The position numbers were made by a program, and so were the translations under genes. A model generated the notes under the pieces. It was not told the origin of the DNA. It did no database searches and worked only from the letters and a program-made list of their open reading frames with translations. A stretch of 64,000 nt of DNA from Trypanosoma brucei (lineage: Eukaryota), in NCBI GenBank assembly GCA_000002445.1, contig CH464491.1:4928001-4992000 (forward strand), given 5' to 3'. Within the stretch, counting starts at the first letter, position 1. Every line of letters begins with the position of its first letter. Of the stretch, positions 1 to 10,456 are shown piece by piece.

Positions 1-915
1 GTCCGAGCTGCCGTTGCACTTGCCATCGGTATGCGGTTTGCCCAGGACGTACATGGCTGGTCCGGTTGATGCCGCCGCTGCTTGGGCCCCGATTAGCGTT
101 GTAAAGCTATTTAGCTGTTGTCGGATAATCTGTCCTGTTATGCCGCTGGGTGGCTTTTTGAGGCCGCAACCGTTTTTCAATTTTGTGTATTCGGTGGCGG
201 TGGTTGTTTTGCCGCTACCGTCTCCTACTGTCTTTATGCTTATTCCATGTTTGCAAATGTTGTTGCCGTTGGTCCTGGTTTTCGCCGCTATACAGATCCA
301 CATTAAGTCGTGGCTTACTGAGATTGCTATTTTTTCCTTGGTTGCGCCGGCTGATTTGCAGTGCTCATCGATGTTAGTTTCAAGTTTCGCCTGCTCAAAC
401 TTGTTGTTGCCGTCGCCGTACAGTGCTTCCAAGATAAGCGTCTTTGCGTTGTCCGTTTCTGTGTTCGCTGATACCGCGTTGGCCTGGATGTGCTCTAGGA
501 TTGCCTTGGCGCGTTCGTGAATTTTACTAATGAAGGCGTTGGCTGCTGCTTTGGCCTCTGGGTTTTGCGGCATCGGGTAAGCTGCTTTTTGTGGATTGCC
601 TGTTTTGGCGGCTATAGCTTCCAGGTTTTGTTTTCATTGTTTTATTTGTTCGAGTTTTTGGTCGTCTTTCGTCGGCGAAAGTTCACCGTCTTTGTTCGTC
701 TTGAACGATTCCGTTGCCGTCGTCAGGTTGAGGAGAAATATGTCGTTGACAATTGCCGCTGCTGTTCTCGTGTCTAGTGTTATTGACAGGTCAGGCGCAC
801 CTTTTCCGAGACTGAGAAGGTCACAGAGCGCTTTGTATTCCCCAGCATTTCTGTTTGTTGCGGACACCGTTAAGGCAGCTCCAAATAGACACAGTGCGCC
901 GAGTACTTTGCTCAT
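1..915 (-). pseudogene. VSG: VSG (A-type N-domain), 5' part; runs off the window start. Signal peptide MSKVLGALCLFGAALTVSA. One in-frame TGA at 634-636, then the frame continues open to position 1
   Basis: Minus-strand translation gives MSKVLGALCLFGAALTVSATNRNAGEYKALCDLLSLGKGAPDLS...KLEQIKQ*KQNLEAIAAKTGNPQKAAYPMPQNPEAKAAANAFISKIHERAKAILEHIQANAVSANTE...LMWICIAAKT...KCNGSSD. This is VSG-like: a signal peptide followed by a Cys-containing N-domain. Confidence 0.8.
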
Positions 916-1539
916 GTTTGTGGTTCGAAGTTCATTTTTTCGCAGATCCATCTTTGTTTGTCGTATTGGCTTAGATATGTGCTGTGCGCGCATAAGGGTG
1001 ATTTGCGTCATGTGGTGAAAAAGGGCGTAGAACAGCATACAGGACATTAAGTACTCGGTGATTTTTGACATTTTAGTTTTACTCCCTGACAGCCTGGCTA
1101 CGAGTAATTAGGTTGCGTACTGGGGCCCCGATGTTCCTTGTCTGTATGGCAGGAAGTGTTGGCCTTTCTTCAGAATTTCTTAGTTTTAACCAAACCCCTC
1201 TGTCAGCCGCTTCACCACAGATACTCCCAGATTCAAAATCCTATTTTTTCCATCTATTGCATATTTTTGAAACGTTTTCAAAGAGTTCGTACTAAACCCC
1301 CTTCCTTCCAACTGTTCACACCAAATAATTTTTTTTTACAATCATCTTAGCTTTCCCTTTCCACGCAATTGATTTTCCAGGAAAATGAATAAATGGAGAC
1401 TCTCCAACCACTTTACTATTTAGAATAGAAAAGAATCTCTCCTCATAATTCAATCCAATCATTCCTATCCTCAAAACTAATCTTTGCCTAACAGCTTATT
1501 TTCGAATTGCACATCAAATGAGAAAAAGTTTGCATATAC

Positions 1540-2140
1540 TTTGATCTGACCACCACTCCTCGCTTCCTTAGTATTTCATTAAATGCATGTTCAAAACTTT
1601 TAAAAGCCCACACTCCTGCTGTTAAACCACCACCATTGAGATAAGGTTTGCCACTAGGAGTTGATATTAGTAAATTAGTTAATTTTTCATTCTCTTCTAT
1701 CCTGTTTCCAACATTAAAAAACTAATAACATCTCTCCACACACTCTTTGTGATACGAATTCATAACCAAATCTAACTGAGGAGCATAACATTCTGATGTT
1801 GTCATGAATATAATAGGGGAAATGTGATTCTCTTTTGCTATATCTTCTTCACTAAACTTCTCTTCATTTTCCGCACTATTTTCTATAAAATATTCCACAC
1901 ATTTTCATATTTTTCTCCGTCACTAACTATAACATCAGATCTATCCAAATGAATTTAAATATCCTCATGACTTGTATTATGGCTTTTCAAAAATTTCAGA
2001 ACCCATCTAGGCCATTTGATATGACTGTACAAACCCCTCATTTCAATTGTGATAATTTCAATATTACTTAGTTTGGCACTCAACACGAGTCTACACCATC
2101 CTTGATTTGCATGAGTTTGAACTACAACTGCAAACACTCT
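1540..2140 (-). pseudogene. Conserved subtelomeric ORF family ('family-2'), copy 1; frameshifted. Possibly a DxD glycosyltransferase-like or ESAG-related gene; identity unresolved
   Basis: ORF 1955..2137 reads FAVVVQTHANQGWCRLVLSAKLSNIEIITIEMRGLYSHIKWPRWVLKFLKSHNTSHEDI. It is homologous to 20616..20957 (+) and 57679..58122 (-). The nucleotide block 1300-2160 matches 57420-58290. Confidence 0.55.
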
Positions 2141-2371
2141 GTAGTTTTTTATTTTAACCTTGCAGTTAAAGCGGTAGAAGAACCACTAACAATGACAAAA
2201 GGGTGGTACTAGCCTTGACCGGTCCTTTGAAGTTAGATAAAGAGGGTCGGAAGGGATAGTAGCATGGTAAAAGCTGGTAGTTCTATAGCGGTCATGTTTT
2301 CATATAGATATCAGTGGCTGATTGTCCATGTTTTTTTAATTTTTTGTTTATGTTAAATTAAAAACGCCGCG

Positions 2372-3471
2372 TTAACATCGAAACTCTGCCCACCGTTCGT
2401 CAATTTTTGTAAGCTTTTTAACCAGAGGCTTCAGCATAGAATCATATTTGTAGCGGTTTTTGAGGTGTATGTAGTCTTCTTCGCTTATGTGATGGAAAAC
2501 GATAGTTTTTTCAGGCGTTAAATTAGTTGCGTGAAAAGCGCTCCTGTTTGCATGCATTACATACCAACAATCTTGCATCTCTACTGTCAGCAAACCATCA
2601 AATTTCAGTCTATTCCTTAATACCTCTCCCACCATAATATCTTCATTAAGTGCTCTAAAATCGATATTTCAAAATTTCTGAATTTAATTGGTGATTTTAC
2701 TAACTTTCTCAAAGGATCATAATCAACAATTTCCTTAAATACATCTCTTGATAGTGTGGAAGCATAACCAATAGTGTGCCATGTAATTTCATCACTAAAT
2801 TCTTTGGGATAACCAACAGCTCTTTCCATATTCAATTTCTATCGTGGCAATATTTTAAGGTGCTGTAAATACAATAGCACTCTCATAAAAATATCATCAT
2901 CTGCTTTCATTATACAGGAAATAGTTGGTTTAAATATTTCAACTGCAAATTTGAACCACAAGTATGTTTTTCTACTCATTGTCAGTTCCGCTTCCCATCC
3001 CCAATTACCCGCATCTCACACTTTCTCATTTGTTGTTGGATTCACATCGCAAACAGGCAAAATAATAATATCCTGATTTAACTCTGATTCTTCTTCAACA
3101 ATTTCTCTGAGCTCGCAATTGTTATTTGTATGAGGTGAAAGTGCATACACTATAAGCAACTTTCCAGTGAAATTATTTAATTTTCTCGCCACTTCAGGAT
3201 AACTCCAACACGTTTCTCTCTGTAAATGTCGTCGTCTAAATCCTTCATCATTATCTATTGAAGGTATTCCAGCTACAACCAAATAATTTTCAGTTCTCCA
3301 AATCCTCCTCACATCCAGCGGAACAAATCTCATATACTGATTTTCACCAATTTCAAGTGAAGTGGATTCACCTTTGTCATACAAGCTGTACAGCAATACG
3401 AGTAGATTAATACCCATAACAATAAAAGTTAAACAGCATATAGTCCCATAAATACTTCCTATACACTTCAT
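2372..3471 (-). pseudogene. GT31-family (beta-1,3-galactosyl/GlcNAc-transferase-like) glycosyltransferase, copy A; at least two frameshifts
   Basis: ORFs 3016..3471, 2617..2835 and 2372..2635 carry an N-terminal TM/signal sequence (CCLTFIVMGINLLVLLY), the GT31 N-terminal motif LVVAGIPS...RRRHLQRETCW (RxxxRxTW), DIIILPVCDV, and a C-terminal VEMQDCWYVMHA. This is the same gene as 16587..17522. Confidence 0.7.
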
Positions 3472-4157
3472 AAGATGTTATCATAATAGCAATAAAGAAC
3501 TTGAAATTCCTTAAAGATTAATAGAAACCCATAAAAAGAGAAGAAGGCAGTTGCGCAGATAATATGATTAGTTATGAAGTAATGTTTACCAATATATATG
3601 CATTGCTCTGATATTTTTATGATATAGCTGTTAAACAGTGTGTGCTCAATGTTTAGGGATTATATTTCATCACGGACCTACACTTTTTATTTTTTTAATT
3701 CACATTCAAGTACGACTGCTGCTGCACGCTACATGAACCCCTATGTACATTGTTATGGCAGTTAAAGTAGTCAGATACACTACTGGTCCTCTTGTTTACT
3801 ATGAAGTTTAAGCCTTTGTGCTGTAAATATGCCAACTATCCACTTTCCCAAATTTTCCACCGATTTGGCTTCTTAGCTATTTCTACTGTTGTTGCAGATA
3901 ATATAGTAACTCCATTTGGGCCGCACACTAGACTGAGCGTGCTTCTTATATGCCGCCCATAACCACCATATGTATGATAATGTCCATCGTCATGTTTGTG
4001 TATGGAACTACACATATTCCATTTCTCCCTCTATTTGTATTTCTGCGCGTCCTTCAATATAATCCTCAGCGCTCTCCCACTTACTTACATATATTGCGTA
4101 TTTCATAGCTATAAGTGCCTCTAGTTTTGCCGTTCATTGCCCCTCAACCGCTACTTT

Positions 4158-4232
4158 TATTATAATATTCGTATATTCACACTCACAATACTCCCCTTTA
4201 TTACTATCATTACTATTACTATAATCTTCCAT
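4158..4232 (-). repeat. 70-bp repeat unit (VSG-associated), minus orientation
   Basis: The reverse complement of cacactcacaatactcccc plus the (TAR)n runs in attactatcattactattactataatc matches the 70-bp repeat core GGAGAGTGTTGTGAGTGTG. Confidence 0.7.
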
Positions 4233-4440
4233 TACTCCTAAGATGAAAACAAACAAAATGAATTAAATTAGAAAATTTATCATTTTTCACAGTCTATCTT
4301 TTTTGTTTTTAACCCATAGGCACAAGACATGCACATTTTAATAACTTTTAAAAAGATTCACGTTTTCATCAAAAAATTTTAAAATATATCAAAAAATTTT
4401 CGAAATATAAATCTCATAAACTTCACAAAATTGAGCAGAA

Positions 4441-5892
4441 AAGCTTAATATCTTTAAAATGATAAAATTCTTCTAAACCCACAAAAGCAGCAGCCATCAG
4501 AGTAAATTTCTTATGGAAGAGAAAGCTTGAATCCTTGCAACTATTATTTTCCCATTTGCAGTTCTATCCGTTGTTGCACGCTGTCTGGTTCTGAAAGCTG
4601 CTGCACACAGGTTTTCCAGTATTATCCCCGTCTTTCTTTTCTCCTTTTTTGTCTCCTGAGTCTGCTTTCTTAGGAGAACCCTCAGCATTGGTGGGTTTTT
4701 CTTGTGGCACCGATTTTTGGTTTGTTTGAGCAGTAAATAAAGCCAGTGCTTTGTGGAAATCACTTCCGCTTGCCGTCTCTATGCTCTTTGGTTGAGCGTC
4801 GTCTTGTAGCTTTAGAGCCGCGTTATTTTCTGTCAGTTTCGCTAAAAACTTCTTGGTAATGGTTTCGTCTCCTTTGCCAAGTATGTTCGCTACTGCTGCT
4901 TTGCGCTTATCTGGGTCTTGCTCTTTGTCGCTTTTCGTGGTTAGGATTAGTGCTGTGTCTTGTGCGGTCGGATCGTCTGCTAGTTCGTCTAGGGTTTCGC
5001 TACCGAGTGCTGGTTGGGTTGTTAGGTCAGCCTTTCGCGCAAGGCATACTTTGTACACAAGCTCGCTTGTGTCTGTTGCGTCGTAGTTTTCGTTTGTTTT
5101 TGGTGTCTTGCACGCGTTTTCTGTTTCGATGGAGACGGTTGTGTGTGTGAGCACCTTTTGTTCTGTTGCTAAGCCTTGAATGGGTATGCCATTGCTTCTA
5201 ACACCTGCGTCGTTTCCGCAGCCGTCACTGCCTGTTAGAGCTCTTTTAGCTGCTGGGCTGCTTTTTTCCTGCAACGACGCGAACAGTGGCATCGCTTTGA
5301 TTGTGGCCGCACTAAGCAACTTAAGCTGTGTTTCGGTGGTTACCCGCTCGTCCACCTTGTTAAGTTCTGTTTCCGCTGCTTCCGTGTTGCATTTTCTGTT
5401 AGCTGGCGGCGTCACGATTGGGTGTACTCTGCATCTTGTGTTGAAGTTGCTGTTTTGTGGGTTGGTGGCCGAGTCCGCTTCTGCCGCCACTGTGTACTTT
5501 GCGTCTGCCTTAACAGGCGTTATACGTGATAGAAGTAATACCCCTGTTCTGTGTCCCACATACTCTGAGAGCTAAGTGATTGCTGTCGGTACGGTCTTTT
5601 GTTTGCTGATTTCTTTATCTAGCCACTGCGTTGAAACTGCTTCCAGCAGCGCACATGCCATTCCGAGTTTAGTCGCCGCACGTTGTTCCGCTGCGAGTCT
5701 GAGTTGTTTCTGTTGGTTGCTCAAGGTTTGAACTGTACCGAATAGTTCGGTTAGCTTGCCTGAAAAATGCGTTAGCAAGTTGGCCACGTATTTTCTCTCA
5801 GTACAGTCGTCTTGTACTGCTTTAGCCGGTGTTCCTGGAGTGGCCAGTGCCACGTTGGTTGTTACAAGTAAGGCTGTGGCTATTAACAACAT
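4441..5892 (-). pseudogene. VSG: VSG (B-type N-terminus); frameshifts near 5570 and 4564; degenerate GPI signal
   Basis: N-terminus: MLLIATALLVTTNVALATPGTPAKAVQDDCTERKYVANLLTHF. A 331-aa middle ORF is followed by a shifted frame reading NCKWENNSCKDSSFLFHKKFTLMAAAFVGLEEF... with no proper stop. The 3' flank has a TGATATATTTTAA-like 16-mer. Confidence 0.8.
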
Positions 5893-7703
5893 AGTCTACT
5901 TATTCTTGGCGGCACCTTTTTTTTGTTACTACTGTGGTTTTGGTGTTCTGCTTGTAGGTCTTTTTGTTAGTGTTTAAAAGGGGGAAGATCCTTGTGGTTT
6001 CTGATGTTAACGGTGCGAGATTGGCCGCTTACATGGAGGTTGGTCGTCTGCGGGTTGGCTTATAATTAATGCATCAACTTTCCAAACTTGTACACAAAAT
6101 AACCTCTTCCCTTCTTGCCTCTGTTTTTTTGTCGCTACGCTTCTCTCTTTGTGTCAAACGCTATAAGCTCCCATATTTGCGTGCTATATCAGTGTTGAAA
6201 TATCTTCCCAGTTACCACTTTTGTCAGCACAAGTATTGTAACTAACATCGCAGTTTCTCGACCAAACGTCTGCGAAACTACAGGCGCTTTCCAGTTAGCT
6301 CCATCACCGCTTTTCTTCTCACTTAGCGATACTGTGGCATAGTTAAACCTAATCTTGCTTATAGTTGAGCTTAGTAGATTTGTTGAGGCTTTTTCATTGT
6401 TTTTCGGTGTACATTTTGGTGCTTCTTACCTTGGGTTTGTTGGTGAACTCTTTTTGGATGTTAAATTGTTTAATTGGGGATTTATTGTTTCTAAAGCTTT
6501 TATTCTGTCTGTCATACTGACTCAGTCCTTTTGTGTAGCGCATAAAGATAAATGCACAAAGAAATCACTCTATATATACTCATTTTGACACTACCCCTAG
6601 TTATTTTCAGATTTCTATTTACTTTTTTCATTCGTTCAAATATTAGAGTTTGACCATATGTAGCGTGAAACTGAGAACTGGATGTTGTTTCTAAGTTGGT
6701 GTTAATGTGTTAGCCCTCTGGCCATCTCTGTACGCAATAATTCTCCGCTTGTGGTTACGCCTTGTTTGCGCACATTATCTTAATAATTGTTATGATTTCT
6801 TTGATTTCTGTTTTATCGTGCACTTTTCTAGCATATGGTGCCCTGCCGGAAGCTATTGTGCATCTAGACGTATTTTTATTTTAATTGTCCCCTTTGTGTC
6901 CCCTTTACTTTAATAATAAGATTCTGTGGATGCCGCTGAAGTGGCCGCTGCTTATATTAGATTTTTCTGAATGTACTAATACCGCTGTAGAATGCTCTAC
7001 TATACTTGATGCCTTGATACTTCTTGCGGTTTCAGTATTAGGTAATTTATTATTGGGCTATTATATATATTGATTATCCTTTGAAAGACAAATGTCTCAC
7101 TTATTATAATATGTAAGTTATCATTTTCAATGGTCGTGCCTTTCACCTGTTCACCCTCTGAAAGGTTAGCTTTGTCATAGAAACCCATTGTGTCAATGAC
7201 GTAAATTTTGTTTTGCGACACTTTTCTACTTTATCTTTTAACCATATCGTTCCATATTAAATTCGGTAGAATATCTTTATATTTCTGGCAGTCCATGTGA
7301 CTCCGAAAGCAGTGCATATATTTCTATGCCTGAAAATTCAAAGCGTGTGTTCTTTATTGGTTCTACTTGGAGGAAGATCTTCATTACATGTTTCATAATC
7401 AAACATGTACCGTTGCTGTTCTGCACTGAGACGGTTCCTCTTCTGCATGTCCTTCCGATTGTTGCTTATTTTACATCACCAGATTATTTTGGCTCGAAAC
7501 TTGTTTGTAACTAGTAGGCTCCGTCCCTTTTCTTTTCTTTCATTTTGTGCTTCAACTCTGCGTAAGCAAGAACTCTTATATAATTTGTCCTTACTACGAA
7601 AACAAGAAATTTGGAAGCCGTATGTCAGTGTGAATTTTGCAGAGTTCTGCCGCTAATTCTCCACTCTTCACGAAGGTTATCTAATGGTTAATACGTGCTC
7701 TAC

Positions 7704-8283
7704 TCCCTTGTAACGCCAGCCACCTCAACGTGGTGCCAGGGTCTAGTGCTCCGTCTCATCGGGGGAAGCCAAGAGCCAGCAGCGTTCCTCTTTTGGAACA
7801 CTGCTGTGCTCCGGCTACGGCATCATACAGCACAGGGATCAGCAGCGTCTTGCTGGGACACCGTTTTTCATTTGTCGGTCCCTGGGCACGTGCCAGCGTG
7901 TCATCAGCAGTATCATCCGCACTAAGATGCTGCTGTCCGGTGATATGGAAGAGAATCCCAGCCCGTCGTTGTGCGGGATGCAGTGGAACTGCGCCGGGCT
8001 ATCTCAAGGAAAGAGATTAGCACTCCACAAAACCCTTGTTGATGAGCGGATCGCCTTTTGTCTGTTGAGTGAGACAAGGATGACGCCTGGAGAGGCGGCT
8101 TGCTTTAGCGTTGCTGGCTACCAACATCACGGAATAGCTCGTAACTGCAAAGGAGGTGGTGTATCAATACTAGTGAGGGAGGACCTACCAGTCGAGACCG
8201 GTATAGCCGTTGTTGGTCACATTGAAAAAGTGCATGCAACAATTCACCTTGCACGTGAAACGGCGCTGACTGTCACGTCGGCA
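7704..8283 (+). mobile_element. ingi/RIME 5'-end fragment, about 580 bp, truncated; plus orientation
   Basis: Begins cccttgtaacgccagccacctcaacgtggtgccagggtc and encodes MLLSGDMEENPSPSLCGMQWNCAGLSQGKRLALHKTLVDERIAFCLLSETRMTPGEAACFSVAGYQHHGIARNCKGGG...LTVTSA. This is about 90% identical in protein to the 5' ORF of the full ingi at 13011-13526. Confidence 0.8.
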
Positions 8284-8551
8284 TTTTTTTTTGAATTTTC
8301 TTCGTGCCTTCGTGAGAGTTTCCCCCCACTGGCGCGGCCATCAGCCATCACCGTAGAGCCCTGAGATGCTATCGGTCTGGCAACTGTGGCAGAGTCTCAC
8401 CTTTTTTATTCAGCCTAACACTCTCTATAATTTTTGTTGTAGCTCCGCAGTTGAACGGAACACAGCAGATGGGGCGACAAGCCTCCCACCCTAGACTCTC
8501 CCAAAGATGTCAATTAGCAATCCTTTTGTTTTGATTTTTGTTATTCGTTTA

Positions 8552-10444
8552 TTATTCTCTTCCCCTCTTTCTGTTTTTGTTGCTTGTTGACTGCATACCC
8601 CTTCTGTCTCTGAGGGTGTCTGGACTATTCCTGCGGTTGGTGCTTTTCCTGCTAGCTCCACACTCGGCAATAAGGGGGGAAGTTGCAGAAGGGAGAGTGG
8701 GTTGTATGACTGTTACCTTAGGGGAGGACTTCACCTGCGGCTGGCTCCGTTCAACCGCAATGAGAAACTGCGCCAGCCTTTTGGAAAAACATATATCCTG
8801 CACAAACACACCTTCTACCGCAAACCTGACACGTAACTCCTTCAAACCGGGACAGCTCATCAAGTGCAGCGACGTTTCTTCGCAGTCGCCGCGTTGGCTG
8901 GTAACAGCGCGCTCTACCTTCATACCGTGCATCTTCTTTTGATGTAGGGTGAGGCCAGTTTTGTTAGCACACTGCCTTCCGCATGTCGGGTACACCAACA
9001 TGGATGTGTTTGTATGCGGGGAATCAGTGGCACACAATTTCGTGCTTTTGCTGCATTTAAGCTCGACTCCCTCACCTTTGTGGAAAGCCTTACAGTGTCG
9101 GATGAGGGAGTCCCTGCAACTGAGCACTTTTTGACACACACCACACTGCACCTCGACCTTCCCAGGAATGTCAACGTTTCCCTCACGGGCACGCTTACGA
9201 GGGAATTGCACCACCACCACGGTACCGTCCTCCGTCACTATGCTTTTATGTTTGAATTTCTTGTGTAGTGACAGGGAAGAACGTGTACCGAAGCTCGCCT
9301 CGCACAGGTCACATTGAAATGGCAGCTTCCGTGTATCCTGAGAGGCTGGCGCTGCTGGGGATCTACCATCTCCTTGCACTGAGTCCTCGTTCTCTCGCCC
9401 CCTTTTCACGCGGCAACTACCGCTACCTATGCCATGTATTGTTCTAAGGTGGTGTAATAGTCGGCCTGGCACTGCGAATTTGGAGGCACAGAGGGTACAA
9501 TGAAGCACCTGCGGTCTCATCGGGACTCGTGTGCTCGATGGTAGAGGAACGATCGCTACCACTGGAGGGGGCTCCGGGGGGATATCCACTGCAGGTGTTG
9601 CATCGCCGTATTTGATCCTCCGGAGGGCATCAGCTCGCACAAAGCCGTGTTTGTTTACCATGTGCGTTACAGCACTCGAGCGGCATTGATATGTGGCATC
9701 ACATTCCGTACATTTGGTCGGTTCGGAGGTTCTCTGAAGAGTGCGTGTCACAACAGTTGGGGCTGTTTGTATTGTTGGCCCTATCGCTGAATGTTGCGGG
9801 TTGCACCATCGGCACTGTGGAGGCACACTCGGGTTGATCTTTCGCAACATCCATCCATAGTGCCTTGAAGACCCAACCCGAAAGCGTGCCAGTCCCGTTT
9901 CTTCTTCCCTCGTCAGTTCTTCCTTATGTTTTGTCGGAAAGTGGTTGCCCGTGATACCAAACCTATGAGTGTTCTCATGGACTTCTTCCGACATAAGCAC
10001 TCGCTTCGCATAATCAATGATGTCGGGGATCCATGTATCTCGCAGCTGTGGTAAATCAGCGGCCTTTTTGGCCATTTCATCGCAAACCTCATTCCGTTTC
10101 ACGCCACAATGACCAAACACAAATTGCAGTCGGATACGTATCTTCCTTCTCTGAACTTGAAGCAGAAGCCTCCATAGTCGTCTTAGAATTGGGTCCGTTA
10201 CGGCTAGGAGGCCTGTCTGCAGTGCTGTTAACATTGACAGCGAGTCAGAGAAGATGGACAACCTGCTCGGTGTGCTTCTGTATGCCGGAAGCCATTTCAG
10301 CAGCCGTTGCAGTCCTATCTCTAATGCTACGCATTCCGCTCTGTAACTGCATGAGAGTTCCCCTGCTCCGGTCTTGGGTGCACAAATCAGCGTGTTGTTT
10401 CTATAGAGCAGGGCAGCTGCTCCGGACTTCTCACCGAGGGACAC
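8552..10444 (-). CDS. ingi ORF segment: RNase H and C-terminal C2H2 zinc-finger region
   Basis: In frame with the upstream segment across a single TGA codon. Zinc-finger C..C...H..H motifs and RNase H-like residues are present. Confidence 0.8.
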   Translation of the reverse strand: MSLGEKSGAAALLYRNNTLICAPKTGAGELSCSYRAECVALEIGLQRLLKWLPAYRSTPSRLSIFSDSLSMLTALQTGLLAVTDPILRRLWRLLLQVQRRKIRIRLQFVFGHCGVKRNEVCDEMAKKAADLPQLRDTWIPDIIDYAKRVLMSEEVHENTHRFGITGNHFPTKHKEELTREEETGLARFRVGSSRHYGWMLRKINPSVPPQCRWCNPQHSAIGPTIQTAPTVVTRTLQRTSEPTKCTECDATYQCRSSAVTHMVNKHGFVRADALRRIKYGDATPAVDIPPEPPPVVAIVPLPSSTRVPMRPQVLHCTLCASKFAVPGRLLHHLRTIHGIGSGSCRVKRGRENEDSVQGDGRSPAAPASQDTRKLPFQCDLCEASFGTRSSLSLHKKFKHKSIVTEDGTVVVVQFPRKRAREGNVDIPGKVEVQCGVCQKVLSCRDSLIRHCKAFHKGEGVELKCSKSTKLCATDSPHTNTSMLVYPTCGRQCANKTGLTLHQKKMHGMKVERAVTSQRGDCEETSLHLMSCPGLKELRVRFAVEGVFVQDICFSKRLAQFLIAVERSQPQVKSSPKVTVIQPTLPSATSPLIAECGASRKSTNRRNSPDTLRDRRGMQSTSNKNRKRGRE

Positions 10445-10456
10445 GGATCCATCAGT

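Noticed and set aside
14..520. Plus-strand 168-aa ORF at the window start
   Set aside because: The opposite strand carries a continuous VSG N-domain frame with recognisable motifs. The plus-strand ORF is the antisense artefact.
7000..7514. Small ORFs (73 aa on the minus strand, 62 aa on the plus strand) upstream of the ingi fragment
   Set aside because: Too short and without recognisable domains. They are possibly decayed remnants, but I cannot support any call.
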